Shown here piece by piece: positions 1 to 16,526 of a stretch of DNA of 64,000 bases (its first letter is position 1; every line of letters starts with the position of its first letter). The position numbers and the translations under genes were made by a program. The notes beneath the pieces are model-generated. The model was not told the DNA's origin. It made no database searches and saw nothing but the letters and a program-made list of their open reading frames with translations. Source of the stretch: Chrysomallon squamiferum. Its lineage: Eukaryota; Animalia; Mollusca. The DNA is taken from assembly GCA_012295275.1 (NCBI GenBank), contig CM022671.1:5394001-5458000 (forward strand), given 5' to 3'.

Positions 1-3000
1 AGAACTCCAGCCAAACACTGCCTCACAAAATTGCCTTTGGATTGCCAAATTCTTGTCTTTCTGGGTAATTGTGCTTGAATAATGGCTCCACAGCCTTGAT
101 TATGATAGATTTGCATATACAGTTTCTTTTTGGAAAAGGATTGATTTAACTGATTTTATTCAAACAAATTTGTTTTTCTGCTCAGAATTTCACCTGGAGA
201 TATGTATCAAAATGATCTCATTCTCATGCAAGGAAATCTACAGACCAGGATGTGCTCCAATGCATCCTGAACAAAACTGCTAGTGGCCACGTAAGCAGTT
301 TGAACACTGACATCATAAAAACTTTGAACATGAGATCAAAGTAATATTTATCAACACATCTGACTGGTTTTGTTAGAAAAAAATATGAATAAAAAAATTC
401 CAACATCTAAAAAGCAAGATTCTGGTTGGTAACTGTCTGATAAAGACTCACTTATGTCTTTCCATACAAAACAAATTCTAGGGGGTAATTTTTAATTTTT
501 TGTTTATATTTTATTTCAGTTTGTAAAGTTCTGTTCTTGTAAATTCTGTTAAATTTTTGCAGTCTGTGTTAAGTTCTTAAAATTGGAAACTCTGACCAAA
601 TCTCCTGGTAAAGCAATAAATATCCAAAGAATTCAAAAACCTTCTTCAAAACCTTTTCCATCCCCATGATCAATTTTTCTGGATTAAAGGGAAATAATTC
701 TCAAAGGAACAAAAAAAATCCCCGAAAATTCCCCAATTGTCCAAAATGACTGAGAAGAGTCAAGTTGTAAAATCTTTGTTATAAAAAGCTTCTTTTCATT
801 TTGTTTTTTTTTTTTTAAATGTGCAAGGAGTGCATTAAAGATTAATGATTTAATGTGTGCAGACTAACGTTTATTAATGGTGTGAACTTTATAATATTTG
901 TGTATTTGTTCAATAAATACATTTTCCTACACCTGCCCCTCAAAATACCTCTTTTTCAACACAAATCTACAGTAATTGTTGACTTATCCATATCAGTTAA
1001 AAGAAATTTTTCAGTGCATCCGAGAATTGTCAAATATTATCCAGGTTCATATCTTTTTTAGTTAGTAAGTAGAAAAACATGAAACATTATAAACCACTAA
1101 GTTTTAAAAAGTATTTAAAAAAAATCTTTTAGATGTTTTTTCAGAACATGAACTCAGAAATAATTATTTCTGCAGCTGCTATTTTCCAAATTGAAAAATA
1201 ATGAATTTAGGAGACTTAGAGAGGTGAAAACATGAGGATTATTATTAACAGAAACATAAATACATATTTAGAATGACTTTTGCTGTAATGTGATTATGAA
1301 AGGTTACAAAAAAAAACAAAAATAGAGGAAACTGTTGAAAATATATTGGTACTATTCAAGTGCAAAATTCTTTTTAAAACAATTCCTAAAATTGAAACCT
1401 AACTATAAGTGAAAAAAACTGGATGATGTTCTTTATTTCTGTAGATTTTTATCTATTTTGAATTAATATTATTTATTTTATATTAATTTATCTTTGTTTT
1501 TATTATTATTAGTGGTATAACACATTACTGGTTTTTTTTTTTTTTTTTTTTAACTTTGTTTTTTAAAATAAAAAAATTCCTATCTTTTTTATTTCTGCAA
1601 AATGTTAATTTTTTTTTTTTAAAAAATATATTTTTTCTTATGTTATTATTATTATTATTATTATTATTATCATTTATACCATATTTATTTTAATTTAATT
1701 TTTATCGTAAGTTGTTTCCTTTTAAATTTTAAAAACCTTTGCTAAAACCATATTTTCAGAACATTTTACAAACAGCAGAAAAGATCAACACACACACTTT
1801 TAACAAGTTCTGCCAACAGTTTAACATTTTCCACTGATTGTTTGAGGCAATTTTTCTTTTGAACCAGATAACAACAGGTAATTCCTAAAAGGCTTGGGCA
1901 ACTGCCCAGTTAATCATAAAGCATGCAGAAGCAATGTATCTCTTTGAATTATGTTACTTAACAATATGTATGTCATCCAACTTTTTTTTTACTTATTTCA
2001 TTTTAGCAGATGATGATTATTCAATAAATATGAACCTCTCAGTCATTTTTCTTTTTCTTTTTATATAATTAATGACACACACACACACACACACACGTGC
2101 ATTCATCAGTTTAATCTATTAGTCAAAACAAAGTTGCACTAAATGACTTTTTTAACATTTATATGTAACTAGCTTTTATTTTATTTTAAGACTGACTTTA
2201 TAAATGCAAGTCAGTCAGTCTAAAATTATTGATGGTTCAATTTAGCAACAGTTGCATGGTCAATTCAGAGAAATAGTTTCTTGTGCAGCAGTATTTCCCA
2301 AATTACTCCATGGCAACAGTTTCTTTTCTTTTATTAAAAGCTATGGTATTTGATAGCTATGTTTTTGAAAACAGAAATGCCAAAAACATGGTACATTTAT
2401 TAGCTGAATGGTAATTGTGATTTTGGATTTTTAGTATTAACGTTTTCTAAATATTTCCCCTCTGGAATCTATGCATTTTACATTCTCACTCAATCATTTA
2501 CCCTCTTTCTCCTTTTCTCATTCTATTCACACATATATGTCTGAATGTGTGAGTGTGTATATATATATGTATGTATGTATGCACAGATAGATACACAGAC
2601 AGATGGTAATAGTGAAGATAGAAATACAATTGTATGTGTCAACTTTTTAACATCATGTGCAATTATTTTCATATTTTATCGTTACTAAAGCTTAGTTCTA
2701 AGGAACTAACTTGAAAAGTATATAAAACACCTTTGGCTATTCACTCCTACCATCAGAGATATATTTTGTCAGGTTTTTTTATGTAATATTTTTCACCTTT
2801 TCCTCAGTCTGTTTTCAAACTGTTTATCTATCTACAGTAACTCTAGACTATCTCTGTATGTTACAAAGCCATATTTTCCATGTCTTAAACATATTTTTAT
2901 TACTTGTTGCCAACATGTAAAGATATACTTTTATTTGTTTACAATTACTTACCCATGAAATTACGAAGGAGTACTGAAAAACAGTTTTGCCCATGTCTGA

Positions 3001-3978
3001 GGATTTTGGCAATCATGACAGCCATTTGTTATAAAAGGATCTCTCATGAAAATCATTTGATTATTAGTTTATTTCACCATACAAACACCTGTGGAAAGTG
3101 CTATGTTCTTGCTAAGTGTAGTGTTAATAACAGTTGGTCTATGGAACAAGGGTTGTTCCAGCCTATATCCCAAATAACTAGGGTTTAAATTTACATGCCA
3201 GTGAGCATCTATGATGGAATTTTGGCAGGGTAGGTTAATATTACATGAATGGAACAAAACATCTCTTAGCACCTGTTGTTCATTTCAGAAAATTTGTTTC
3301 TTTTAACCTGACTGAACTCTTTAATACAGGATCAGTAAATGTAATGAAAATACACTTGAAGATTATTTGCACAAAAGAAACTAAATTTAAAAAAAGAAGA
3401 AGAAAAAAATATGGATTTATAGATACCTGGAGGCCATTTTCATCAACAACAACAACAAAAAAACAAAATATCAAAAAAAAAAAAAAAAAAAAGCTTGAAC
3501 TTGCATGATTAAAACAGTTGGCAGTGATTTTGTTTTTATAAATATCTCAGAACTAAAAGTCATTCAATTAATTTCAGTGACTGCCTAGTTGTACTGTCAA
3601 AGAAACAAATAAAATAAATCCAGATAGTAGTAAAGCATAAAATCAGGGTCATAAAAAGTACAAAATTTAATTAAAAATAAACGAAAAGAAGTTGTTTAAG
3701 AAATGATTTTTCTTCTTTTTTCTAAAATAATTCTATTTAGAAAGAATAAATAAATAAATAATCAGTAGAAAAACTATTTAAAAAAAAGAAAAGAAGTAAA
3801 AGTGTAAAATAAAAATAATAAAAATGGATAAATAAATTAAAATAATTTTAATAAAAGAGAAATATATTTGGGCTAAAAGGCACAAAAAGTAATAGTTGAA
3901 AATACCAAATAGAAAAGGATAAATGAATAAAAAAAAGGACAAAAACAATTTAAAATAAAAAAAAAAAATAACACAAAA

Positions 3979-4013
<35 letters not shown>

Positions 4014-4220
4014 ATATTAAAATATTAAATTAAATAAATAAATAAATAAAAAAAAAACTCTAAAATATCTAAAAAGGTTTATCACATATATCAATTCCCT
4101 GACACCTATTTTACAAGATTACAGGCAAAATGACTAAAGCAGGGATGGTTTTCTTTGCTGCTGTTTTTTTTTTTCAATATAAAAGTGTATACAGTTAATG
4201 ATTAATATCTGAAGACTTAC

Positions 4221-4327
4221 ATGCAATCTATCAAGAAGCTGTGGATCTGTTGATGCCTGCTTGGCAACTTTCCAGAACTGTTTCTGTGCAACATATCTGT
4301 TCATAGGACATATCTTGAATAGGCAGT
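4221..4327 (-). CDS. ITPR: IP3 receptor, coding exon 3 ((D)[35 protein letters not shown])
   Basis: 107 nt with acceptor ATTATTTCAG and donor CAT|GTAAGT. The only open frame matches IP3R DCLFKxCPMNRYxAQKQFWK. The next exon (HAAxxEKKQNE...) was not found in 1-4220, so the gene continues beyond the left edge. Confidence 0.97.
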
Positions 4328-4331
4328 CTGA

Positions 4332-4390
<59 letters not shown>

Positions 4391-5920
4391 CAACAACAAC
4401 AAAACAACACTAATAATAATAATTAAAATAATAATGATAATAATAATCACAGTATTAACGATAACAATAATGATGACATTATTATTATTATTATTATTAA
4501 CATTAATATTAGTAGCAGCAGCAGTAGTAGCAATATTGTAACAGACATTCTAGTAGTAGTAACTGTAAAAGGAATATTAGTATTAGCAATAATTTAGTAA
4601 TCTTTGTATTGTTAATAACAGTAACAGTATTAACAAAAATAATAACAGTGATGGTAATATATTGCTAATAAAAATACTGTTATTAATGGTAAAAATATGG
4701 ATATTTAATCATTACATCATTATTTTAAATGATATATATTATGTTAAACTATGTAAATTAGATTATTATTCAAGAGACAGAGTGTGCTGCCTCACACATC
4801 AGATGATGCTAACTTTGAATGTTCCAGAGTTTAAATGCTAAATCTGAAATTCAATCTAGAGTTAAAAATGAAGCTTCTACCTTCAAACTGCAAGTGCAGT
4901 GAAAAACCATGTAAATACCATCTGTTGTGCATCCAGTTTGTTTCTCACTTTCCAAGAACCTCTTGTATTACTCTTTGTGTGGTTTTCTGTGCATTTTTTT
5001 CCCATTATTTTTGGTGTTTTTCATGAGATTTATATACACTCCTATAAATAACCATGGCACTGAAGAACAGTGTGGACATAAATGCAATATTTATTTTATT
5101 AAACAGTAATTACATATTTTATATACTGGGGTTTTTTTGTTTTTTCGTGTTTAATTTATTATTTAGGGCTTTTAATTATGTCATTTTTACCTTAAATCAT
5201 GTCATTTTGCTAAGTTTATTGAAATTGGTACTGTTTAGGGTCAGGGAACTGATTAATTCACTGTCCATTATTTTTAATTGGGATAACTGAATCAGGTTTT
5301 AAACAGTTCAGATTTAGAACTATATCTTGAAATGGATTAAATTAGAAGTACAAGGCAGCACTGTAGTCTAAAACTTGGCTTCAGTTTCTCCTATCAAAAA
5401 CCTGTTATGATAATGATATCATTAACATTTGCATGTCATTTTAAAAACTGATTATATTTACAAAGTAAATAACTGTTTCAAAACTGATTTAGAATGATTT
5501 GTCCAAATTTTGACAATATATACATTCAGCATGAACTCAAATGTTTGGGTTTTACAAATTTTATGAATTACAAAACTGACAGTTTTGTGATGAATAAAAT
5601 ATGTGACTCATACTTTTTATTTGTAGTCTGTATTTATCTTGACAAGGATCAATGCATTCAGATTATTAAAGTTTTGGTTGACTTCTTCCACACTGAAAAT
5701 ATTTTTATTTGCTCTCCAATATAAACCATATATAATCTAAAATAATTATACTATATTATATTAAAGAACAGACCATGTCTAATCCACAGAATCAAAGGAT
5801 GAAATATGATGGTTTGTGAGTTGTTGTTTTTGTAAATATAAATAAATAAATGTATATGTATGTATGTATGTATGTATGTCTGTATGCAGGTTCATGTGTA
5901 TGTGCTTATCTATATATGTA

Positions 5921-5964
<44 letters not shown>

Positions 5965-8900
5965 ATGTATACTCATTATTTTAAAAAATAATAATAATAA
6001 TCTAGTTCCAAATTCAAAGGCAGCTTTTATTAACAATGAAGAAGTTTTAGTTTGTATCTTCACAAAGGACAGATATCTTCTTTCCCAATCTTTTGTAACT
6101 AAACATAGATATCTGACCTTAACATGAAGTACATTAAGAAGGGTTGAACCAGTGATCCTTCACACCTCACACAAGTCTCTACGTCTAAGATACAGTGCAC
6201 ACTGCCTGGAATGTGTTTACCGTATGTGAATTTAAGGTCAGTGGTTTTAATGATAAAACTGTTTACAGCAACCACAATACTGGAAACTCAGTAAATTACA
6301 AGTGTTAAATGATCCTAATTGACATTTCAAAAAGTTCCTATCATTGCAGAAAACACTGAAAGCAATTAGCTTATATCAAGTTAGATATTTCTTTGTTTTC
6401 TCTCCCTTTTTTTTGCACATAAATCTTGAAATTTCTTGATACTGGAAATTATTTACAGTTTTTTCCACAAATTAGATTTCATTATTAATGACAGATAGAA
6501 GAAAAAAAGGAGAAAAGCTAACAATATACTTCATAATTTAATCTGTAATTATGTAACAATTTAAATGGATAAAGATTATAATTGGAGGTAGTAAACAATG
6601 TTCCTTCTCATTTTAGCAAACTACTCAGATGAAGTTTGATGATTCGAGCAAAAATGGAAGTGAACAGTGACAAAACAATCCTATTTATAAAATTAAAATG
6701 ACAATCAACATTCTGATGAGTGCATCACCAATGCAGCACCCATGCAGCGTAGAGTGAACATTGGTAGCAAAACAATTTATTTATATTCTACTTGTAGCAC
6801 CATTTGTATGTATTTGCTAAAATTCAATCTTATTTGAAAAATGCATCAGTAACAGTGAACAAAATATTTATATTTCCATTTTTTTTTATTCTTGATTTTT
6901 AATCAGTAACATGATTAACAGTTGCAAGTATTGTAATTTTAAATATATATTATTCTTATTTTTTAAAAATCTATTTATTTTTATTTTTATTTATGTATTA
7001 TTATTTTTTTATTATTATTTTGTTTTTTTCTGCAGTTGTCAAGATAAATTAAAAATATTCTAAATGTTAATTCAGTTTGAATGGATGAAAAAATACAACA
7101 AAGAAAATAAATAATAAAATTATTTGTTTTACATTTATATGAATTTTTTGTGAACTATGATGTAAAAGGTTGCTGATGCATGAAATCCCAAGAGACAGAA
7201 ACTGCACTGACTGCATGCTTTACCTTAAAACAACGAATAAAAATAATTTTATACTACAGTAAATTTCTGAAATTAAATAAAAAATTAATGTCTGACAGAT
7301 TCAGTACAACAGATTTATCTACATTCTGCATGAATTTCTTTCTCTTATTAATCAAAATATCAGACCAGGATTAAATACAATTTTGTCAAAGGTTTTGCAG
7401 TTATCCCAAAATGCCCATACCTAGTAACAGATAGGGTTTGACTGATTTTTGATATCTTCTTTTTTATTAACTTTCAGTACACAATTTTGACTGTTAATTA
7501 CTGTTCAGACAATTTTTTTTTTTTTTTTTAGTTATTATTAAAACATTTATTCATTTAATAATGAACCATATTAATTCATATACAAAACTATTGACCATTT
7601 TGTTGACACCTAATCCCCACTTCCTCCATGCTGGGTGTTATAATTAATACATGTTCATTAATTAATTACAAACCACAACGCACAAACACTGTTCATCATA
7701 AATAGCCAGAGAGAGCAATTCTAGAGGAAAGTACCTTCCTTCCCAGGAGACATTTGAGGCAAATTCATTAGTCTGTTAATTAGGATTAATGAATATGAAT
7801 TCATTTGGCAAGATATATGATTTGATTATTATTCTTGTTCGGTATTATTATTATTATTATTATATTTAAGGTGGATGGCATGAAAATATTACAGTATGTC
7901 TTTTCTAATAATTAAGTTACTCTCTTTTTTATTAATAACATCAGAATTTTCAGGTCTTATTTTTGTTGTTGTTGTTTTTGTCTTTTGTTTTTGTTGGGCC
8001 TTTTTTTGTTATTGTTATTGTTGTTGTTTTTATTAAAGATATCCACTGTGATATATACTAAAATATCACTTCTTAAATCAATAAAATAAACAAATAAATA
8101 AATACAGTTAAAAAAAAAAAAAAAAAAAAAATTAAAATGAAAAAAAAAGAAAGGTCTGAATTATACACATTTAGGCAGTTTCACCAAATTTTTATAAAAA
8201 TCAAAGGTTGAAGGCTTACTGATGTAAGCCAGACATGATGATGGGATTACTTTTAGATAAGTAAAACAGAAGTAGTACTTGTAACAACCAGACACTGTAC
8301 AGAAAGCGGGATGAAATAAATAACTAGGATTAGGTTCTGTCTGACTAGTTTATGAAGCAGATTTTCTTTTTTTTTTTTTACATGCAGCATAAAAAAATTA
8401 ACAAACTTTAGTTATTAACACCAGCCTTAAACTCAAAGTATCAAACTTGTTTGAATTAAATTCATTCCTGAAAGCCGATATAAATCATTTTAAATTCACT
8501 GTTTTAAGAAATCAGAAGTGTCTGCTTAGATGGAATTATTATGTTAGTAGTATTATTAGCAATCATAAAAGTGAAATGGAGAAACAAATTAATAAAATTA
8601 TCTTATCACTGGATTTTCAATTTGAATTTATTAAAACCAATAGCTGGTGTTTTCTTTGGGCTTGAAGGCTTTAAACATTTATTGAAAATCCATTCATCAT
8701 TTAATGATTTATTCATGCATTCATTCCAGTATAAGATAGTTAATATCACACAGCAAGTATTTTGGGCAGTCATTTCAATATAATGTTGTTATAGCATAAA
8801 ACAAAATTTTCTTTTTGTCACAACCCAAGTAACATCATTTTTCTGATAAAGTAAAACATTCAGCTTTTGATTCATTTATAAACTGCAGTCATCCAGCATT

Positions 8901-9189
8901 GTCAGGCCTATGATAATACCTAGCTGGAATGGTACGAAAAAGAGCGATAACAGCACCAAAGCAATTTACTCTGTGACTTCTGAAGAATACCAAACACAAA
9001 ACATCCACACTTGCAATAATAGAGAAAAAAAGAAACAACAAAAAAAAAAAAAAAAAAAAAAACATTCACACACACACACATATACAAAAAATACATGCAT
9101 ATGCACATGTACACACAGAATAAGAAACAACCACCAAAGAAATATATGAACATATTTCTCTCTTTCTCTGAATTAAATATATTTTTTTA

Positions 9190-9291
<102 letters not shown>

Positions 9292-12200
9292 TTAAAAATC
9301 TAGAACTATTTTCTGTTTTATCAATTAACAATAATAAAAATATTGCTTTGACATCATTAGAACTCACTAAAAACTTAACTATTAACATCAAGTTGGACAT
9401 CAAGTATCTACTACTTGTAATCTGAGACAAAACATAATACATTTTCTCATTAGAAGTAAATTGTTTTAATACAAGCCTTCTCACAAACAGTCAGGACATA
9501 CTATACTACCTTTGGTATGTAATTATTGACAAGGCTCTGGTTTGAATGGGAAATCTGTATTGCGTTCACTGCACAAAGTTTAATGTTCAGATCAATGAAT
9601 AGAACTTGTTATGAGCCACACACAACTATAAACTGTGAGAAATGTCTGTTTGCAAGAGCTTGCCACAAATTTATATAAATGCACTTATAATGTAAGTTTT
9701 TGTTAATTTCCTATCTGACAGTTTCCTAATTAAATGCTATTTTATGTATTTATTATTTATTTATTTATTTTTATATTATTTTTTTGTTATTATCATTTTT
9801 TGTTTAATTTTTTAAAGGAACAAATATTAAAAAATATACATTTATATTTTAAAAACATACAAATAAAAAAGACTTAAAGATTATTTTTATTATCATTTGC
9901 CTTTTTTTATATTTTATACTTATTAGTTTATCATTTTTATTTTTTATTTTTTGGTTAATTTAATAATAAAAAAAAATTCTAAGGTTGTTAAAAATTTAAA
10001 GATCTTATTCCATTAAAATAAGCATCACGTAAGTAAGCTTATTTTAATATGCAGTTGCCAGCCAAATAATTAAGAAACCATTAAAGGAAATTGCATATTT
10101 TTATAGGTTTTATTGTTCCATTAAAAATATGAAATTCAGGTACAAGGAGATGAGATAACTAAGTACATTTTGTATTTGCTATCTTCAAGTTTTAGTTATT
10201 AAATGTACCTGGGGTTATACAAATGGTCTGATTATATCTTGTATACAACCAAGTGTTTGTTTCTTTACTGTTGTGTTGGTTAATGAATAGCCTAATATAT
10301 TCTGAATATTTCTAAATAATAATTTATTTATTTATTCTGTGTGTGTCATTGCTATAAACAAATAACTACACAGATTTTGTACAATACCCATTTTTGGATC
10401 ATTCTTTCTATCAGCTTTAGTGTTTACAAACTGATAGTTGTTTGTTGTTTTTGTGTTCTTGTGAAAATGTAAACAAACGAAATAAATTTTATATGTTTAT
10501 AAGCATATTTTTCATTTCTTCTATACATAAACAAAATCACAACTTCAAAAACTTCAAACCGACAGTATTTTTTTTATTTTTTTATGTAACATAGGTTTTG
10601 ACCCCAATAAAAAGACTAACTAAATTTGTTTTCATTCTTTTAGATCTCTGCTAATAAATAAGTGTGACAATATCCAAAAAGACCATAAAGGTTGTTATTT
10701 TTTTCTTTTTTAATACCCAAATACATGACAGCAACAAAAAAAATAACGGAATGATGGATTTAGAAATTTTGCTAGTAATTTCTTTTTCTTTACATATCTT
10801 CATCATCATTTAGTTAATAATGGACGCTTCAAGCTTGTGCAGTATGTTGCTTTTTTATTGCAGTTTTGTGGGATGTTTCTTAAGGTTTTATGATTGCTTG
10901 GTTATTATTACTATATTTTTATGTATGTGTGAATGTGTTTTTGTGTGTTCATGTTTGCATGTGTGTGTATATATGTGTGTGTGTGTGTATGTGTGTTTGT
11001 TTGAGAAGAAGGCTGAAAAAAAGATAAAGTTGTTTTTGTATGTGTATTTAGAAGAAGAAGCTGAGACTTTACAAACTCACACTAGATTGTGAACTTGACA
11101 CAGCATCAGTTTACTCAATGAGCAAACTCAGAAGCTGCTGTTCATTATTTCCACATACCAGTCCTAATGTTTACAAACTCTCTTCACAAGTGATAGTGAC
11201 AGTGATAGCAGTTAATAAGACCTAAATTATAATTATATTGTCAAAAGCATATCATCAGCATCTTCATGCCAAAACCAGTGACTCCTTCTAAATTAATCTA
11301 TTGCTTGCAAGGTTTTCCAAAATGGATCATTATGTAGATGAACTAAAAACTTACATGTAAGCATGAATATGTCTGTATGTGTGTGTGTGTATGTAAGTGT
11401 GCTTGTCAAACAAGACTTCAAACTGTTATCATATTTATTGAAATCAATATATTTGTTTTAAAGTTAAGATAAAACAAGATGAATTGAGTTTTATCTGACA
11501 AAATAAGATAAACTGCCACTGACAAAATCTTAACAGATTATTTTCTGATGATATCATGGTAACAGATTATGTAACATTCAAAATATATTTTGTATGTATA
11601 TGTAGATGTGTATGTGTGTGTCTGTTTAAGTGTGTGTACAAATATATATATGTATGTGTGAGTGTATATGTTTTGTGTGACTGTGTGTGTGTGTATGAAT
11701 GTATATGTGTGTGTGTGTATGAATGTATATGTGTGTGAGTGTATATGTATTTGTGTCTGTCTTTGTAACTATTTACTGGTTTGCAGAAACGCCTTTGCCT
11801 TTGTTCTGTCTTGTTAATATAATTAGACCTTAGAGATTTCATTCTCATTTACTTCTCCTGACTGGGTTCAGTACACGAGTGAAAGTCTGATAGACTGCAG
11901 TGATTTACCATCTTATAATCAGAGTAATGAGAAAGTTGGCTTGTTCTTAACATTTCACAATAAAATGTAAAGTTATATCTATCCAGAATATTAACATAAA
12001 TTGTAATTTCTATGTATTTTTGGAAAGTGATTATTATAATAATAAATTCATTTTGTTAGTAAATAGTCTCCAGAAACTTAAAACAATTACATATAACAAT
12101 ATAAACTATATTTAGATTGTTTATCATACTAAATTTCTTTTTTAACTATAAACAACAGATAAAACAATAATTTGGCTCATTTATTCCTTCACAGAGAACA

Positions 12201-14778
12201 ATAACAACAAACATTTGGAATGACACAAAATACATTTAGTCCTTTGGTTAGATGACTCAAGAGTGTATTTAAATAAAAGTTTACAACTACAGTTATAAAT
12301 CTGTAATTATTAGACAGTTTTTTTCATTTACCTGAAAGAAAAATTCCAGTATAGATAAGAAGTAATTCTTTATTTAATGACACACTCAAGATATTTAAAA
12401 CTTGTACATATAGCTTCTCACACACAAAGGTATGCACACATGCACACAGATATTCAGACACACACACACACATTATTATTATTATTATTATTATTATTAA
12501 GATAAAAAATGAGTAAAATGTTTGACTCCTGTTTCCTTGCATCTGTCTATTATTTTTTTAATCAAAAACAAAGGAAATTTTGTATGCACATCAACATAGA
12601 AAGGAATAGCTTGTCATAATTTTAGGTAAAATGATTATAAAATTATAGTTGATGGGTGAAATTAGTAATTAGTAATAAATCAGAGCATAAAATGAAATTT
12701 CCAGCATTTTTTAACTTTTATTTTCAGAAGACTTTATGTTCACACACACACAAAAAAGCACACACACATGTGCATGTACACAAAAACATACACACACTTT
12801 AAAATTTATATTACAGAAAGAACACTTTGATACACGTCCATGCTAAATAAAAATATATTAGATTGTTAAACAGTAAAAGCCTTACAGATTAAATATTAGC
12901 AAGTTTGAAGGGCACACTGATAAGCAGAAAACCATTTACTTAATGATACAAGTGAAATAAACATGTGATAATGAATATGACAGATTGTTTTGTAGTTTTC
13001 CACATAACAGTGTATCACAGTATACTGATATATTAGAGCAGTGCTTGTATGTACAAAGGTGACAATGTGCTGTAAGACATTTTTTACTGTTTTTATCACA
13101 ACTGCTTATCTGAACATGTCAAACTTACTGCTTGTTTGTAGGTGTATAATAAAATACAACTAACTGCCTATCCCTTATGAGGATTATTCATGGAAAAAGC
13201 ATGCAATTATTGCTTACAAGGGTGTATTTGCAGGAAAAATATTCAATAAAACTTGTAAGAAACACAAATTAAGGTAATTAAATGTACCCAATTATACAAG
13301 TGATGTTTAAAGCTAAAAAAAATAACAATAAAAAATAGGCAGCGAGGTTTTCAAAACTTTTTAGGCTCTGATAAATGACCGACAACTTCTATTCATCCAT
13401 AAGAAGTTTTTCTTTTTAATCAAATATTCTAAAGTCTCTGTTATTTGTATTTGTTTAGCAATAATCAAAAGAAACATCCCAAATGAATACAATCTGTGAA
13501 GGCAAAATATTATAAAAAAATTTTTTTTTATATATTTCTGTTTACATGTCCTGTCATGCAAATCTTTGCGGACTCATGAAGAGTCCTTAATGTCTTTACT
13601 CAGGTTTCATTATATTAAATTCAGTAAGATAAATCAAAACATGAACACGTTAGGCGTTTTAACTTGATATTTATAAAATTGTAAATGGATATATGCTATA
13701 ACATGAACATATATATATATACATAAAGATAATAATAATAATGAATGATCTATCACCTTGTAATTACAACAGACAATTAACAATTTATAAAACCTTAAGA
13801 AAAAACATGATGTTGAAATTCAAATTACTTTAGAGAAGCCATCAATGTTATTATTGTGTTGACAATAAAAGTTGAGTTTTTTTTATTTTCATCTGAAATG
13901 AACAGAATAAAGATGACACAAGTTCTGATCACAACAGATTAAAAGTAGCTGAAAAAGGCTTGAAATACTGTACAGAGAGATGCTTATTTGGACAGATTCA
14001 GTTTTGTTGTGTACGTTTGTGTTTTAAATGCTAGATGATAAATGACACTCATTTAGAACAAAAGAAATAATTAAATGAATGTGCATGCACACATGGTGCT
14101 GTCATGAACTATAATAATAATAATAATAATAATACGTATCTGTCAATATTTATTCATGTACATAAAAACATCAACAATGGCTCATAGATATTTTATCAGT
14201 GCAATAAAAATGATTAATAATGAAATTGTACAAGTGCATAAAAAACCCTGAATTAAATCAACTTTGGAAGAAAAACTGCCCATAAACTGCTAATGCTTTT
14301 ATTGTAACAAATATTAAAAAACTGTGGTTCAACATTCAAAGAAATTTTGTACTGATAATTGACACCTTTTGAGTTTAATCATAGTAAAATTCTTATTTTT
14401 TTAATTTCCTTGATTAATATTTACAAATATATATATTTATATTGAAACGATGGTATCACTTCAATTTTTTTTTAAAGTTTCTACAAGTTCACAAATGTGA
14501 AATTGTTATCTCTTCCATTTGGTGAACTACATTTGTATCTCATATATATATAAAAAAAAATTAAATAGTCTTAAATGTAATTATGAAACATCTAAAATTG
14601 TAAAGCTAAATTTTTTATACTGAAAACTGGGGCATACTGAAGTAGCTATATATATACATATCATAATCACAATCAATTACCAAAGAAATGTTATTGCAAA
14701 ATATGTGCAATATGTAGAAATGATTAAAATATATAATAAAACTTGAAGTCTAAAACTTTTCTTTTTAATATTAGTTAT

Positions 14779-14829
<51 letters not shown>

Positions 14830-15332
14830 TACACGCACACACACACACATACAGATGTATACATACAAAAATACCCAGAATAAAAATAATAATACAAAAA
14901 TTTAAAAAAAAAACAAAAAAAAAACTCCCACAAACTTACATACACACACACACACAGTTATATTTGCTTTTTCTTAACCATAAAAACAATTACTATTATT
15001 AATAAAAAGAAGGTCAGTTTGCCTCTGTTTTCAGGGCGGGCAGTGATGAAAGTCAATGGGTTTAATTTATAACAGCCTTATATGTGATTTGGTGTTTGTG
15101 TATATTAGAAAGTGTTTAGCAGAGGTAACACAAGTTATGTTGTAGCTGTGTTGACTCAAACCAGGTTTAAGGTGTGGTGCTAAATCTGGAACTGTTTGTT
15201 TAAAATGTGCCCACTCAGTGATTACCAGTTCATGTTCTTTCTTGCACAGTGAAAGTAAACATTCACTTTTACATGATCCCTCACAAATTCTAATAGAAGA
15301 ATAAGTATTTTTAAATTAGTATTAAACAAATA

Positions 15333-15398
<66 letters not shown>

Positions 15399-16458
15399 AA
15401 CATTATTTCCAATTAATCTCTATAAAGGCATATGTAATATTAAAATCAATATATTGAAATAAATCTTTTTCTTTCTTTTTTCTTTTGTTTATAGTTAAAC
15501 TGTCAGGCAAAGAGTTTTATACAAATAAAATAACAATACAATCAAATATAAAAAAACAAAAAGTGTCTTTCCAAAAGTTGTTTTCAGAGTATTTAATATA
15601 CACGTATAAATAACAATCAAAATAGGTGGGTTTTTTCAACTGTCTACCAGTATGACCATTGTTAAATAAAGTTTGTGTACATCTGACTATGTCTATTGTA
15701 TGTACTTGATGTCACTTTTAATGAAGGAAAGCATGGAGAAAAGTACAGCATGAGAAACAGAGAATTAGGGATGAAAAAACAGACAAGTAGGAAGGAAGGA
15801 AAAGATATAGAAAGACAGAAAACGGGTAAATGGAGAAAAAGGAAAGAAAGAAAAAGGAGAAAAAGACAGAAGATGGACAAAAAAGAGAAACATCATTTAA
15901 ATATGATCAAATTTTGATGCAGCGTTTTATAGAAAACTTATGTATCCCAAACCAGGCATAAAAAAGGGGCAGCTAGTTAAGAAAATAACTGAAGATGTCA
16001 GTACATCAGAAGAGTATGTAAGCTAGGCAAACACGACCTTGATAAAGATAACAGACTTAGTACTTGAGCTGTATGTACATCTCTCGCAGCAGTCATTTAT
16101 TATAATTACTTGGTTCTCATCGGGTATTCCTAGGAGATTATTCCAGTCATAGTTAGGTGAAAATAAAAGACCAGCAGTCAACAGATGGTGTAAATGAAGT
16201 ATTTTACAGTTTAATGGAGAGAAGATGCACGAGTGTGCTCACAAGTATTGGCAGAACATCCATCTAAACAATGGATGTGAAATTTATTTACTTGTTTTGT
16301 ATGGATTTTTCTTTTTGTCACAGAAGAATTAAACATGTATAAGTGTGCACATAAGTTTGTGGGAGATTTTTTGTGTTTTTGTTTTTATTTTAAAATTTCT
16401 GAATTATACATAGTTATTTTTATTCTTTATATGCGTGTTTATTTATGTATGGTATATA

Positions 16459-16489
<31 letters not shown>

Positions 16490-16491
16490 AC

Positions 16492-16526
<35 letters not shown>

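Noticed and set aside
1-780. Fourth ITPR exon or a transposase remnant at the left edge
   Set aside because: No frame I read encodes the expected HAAxxEKKQNE sequence, and most close quickly. It may be a decayed element, but I cannot support a family call.
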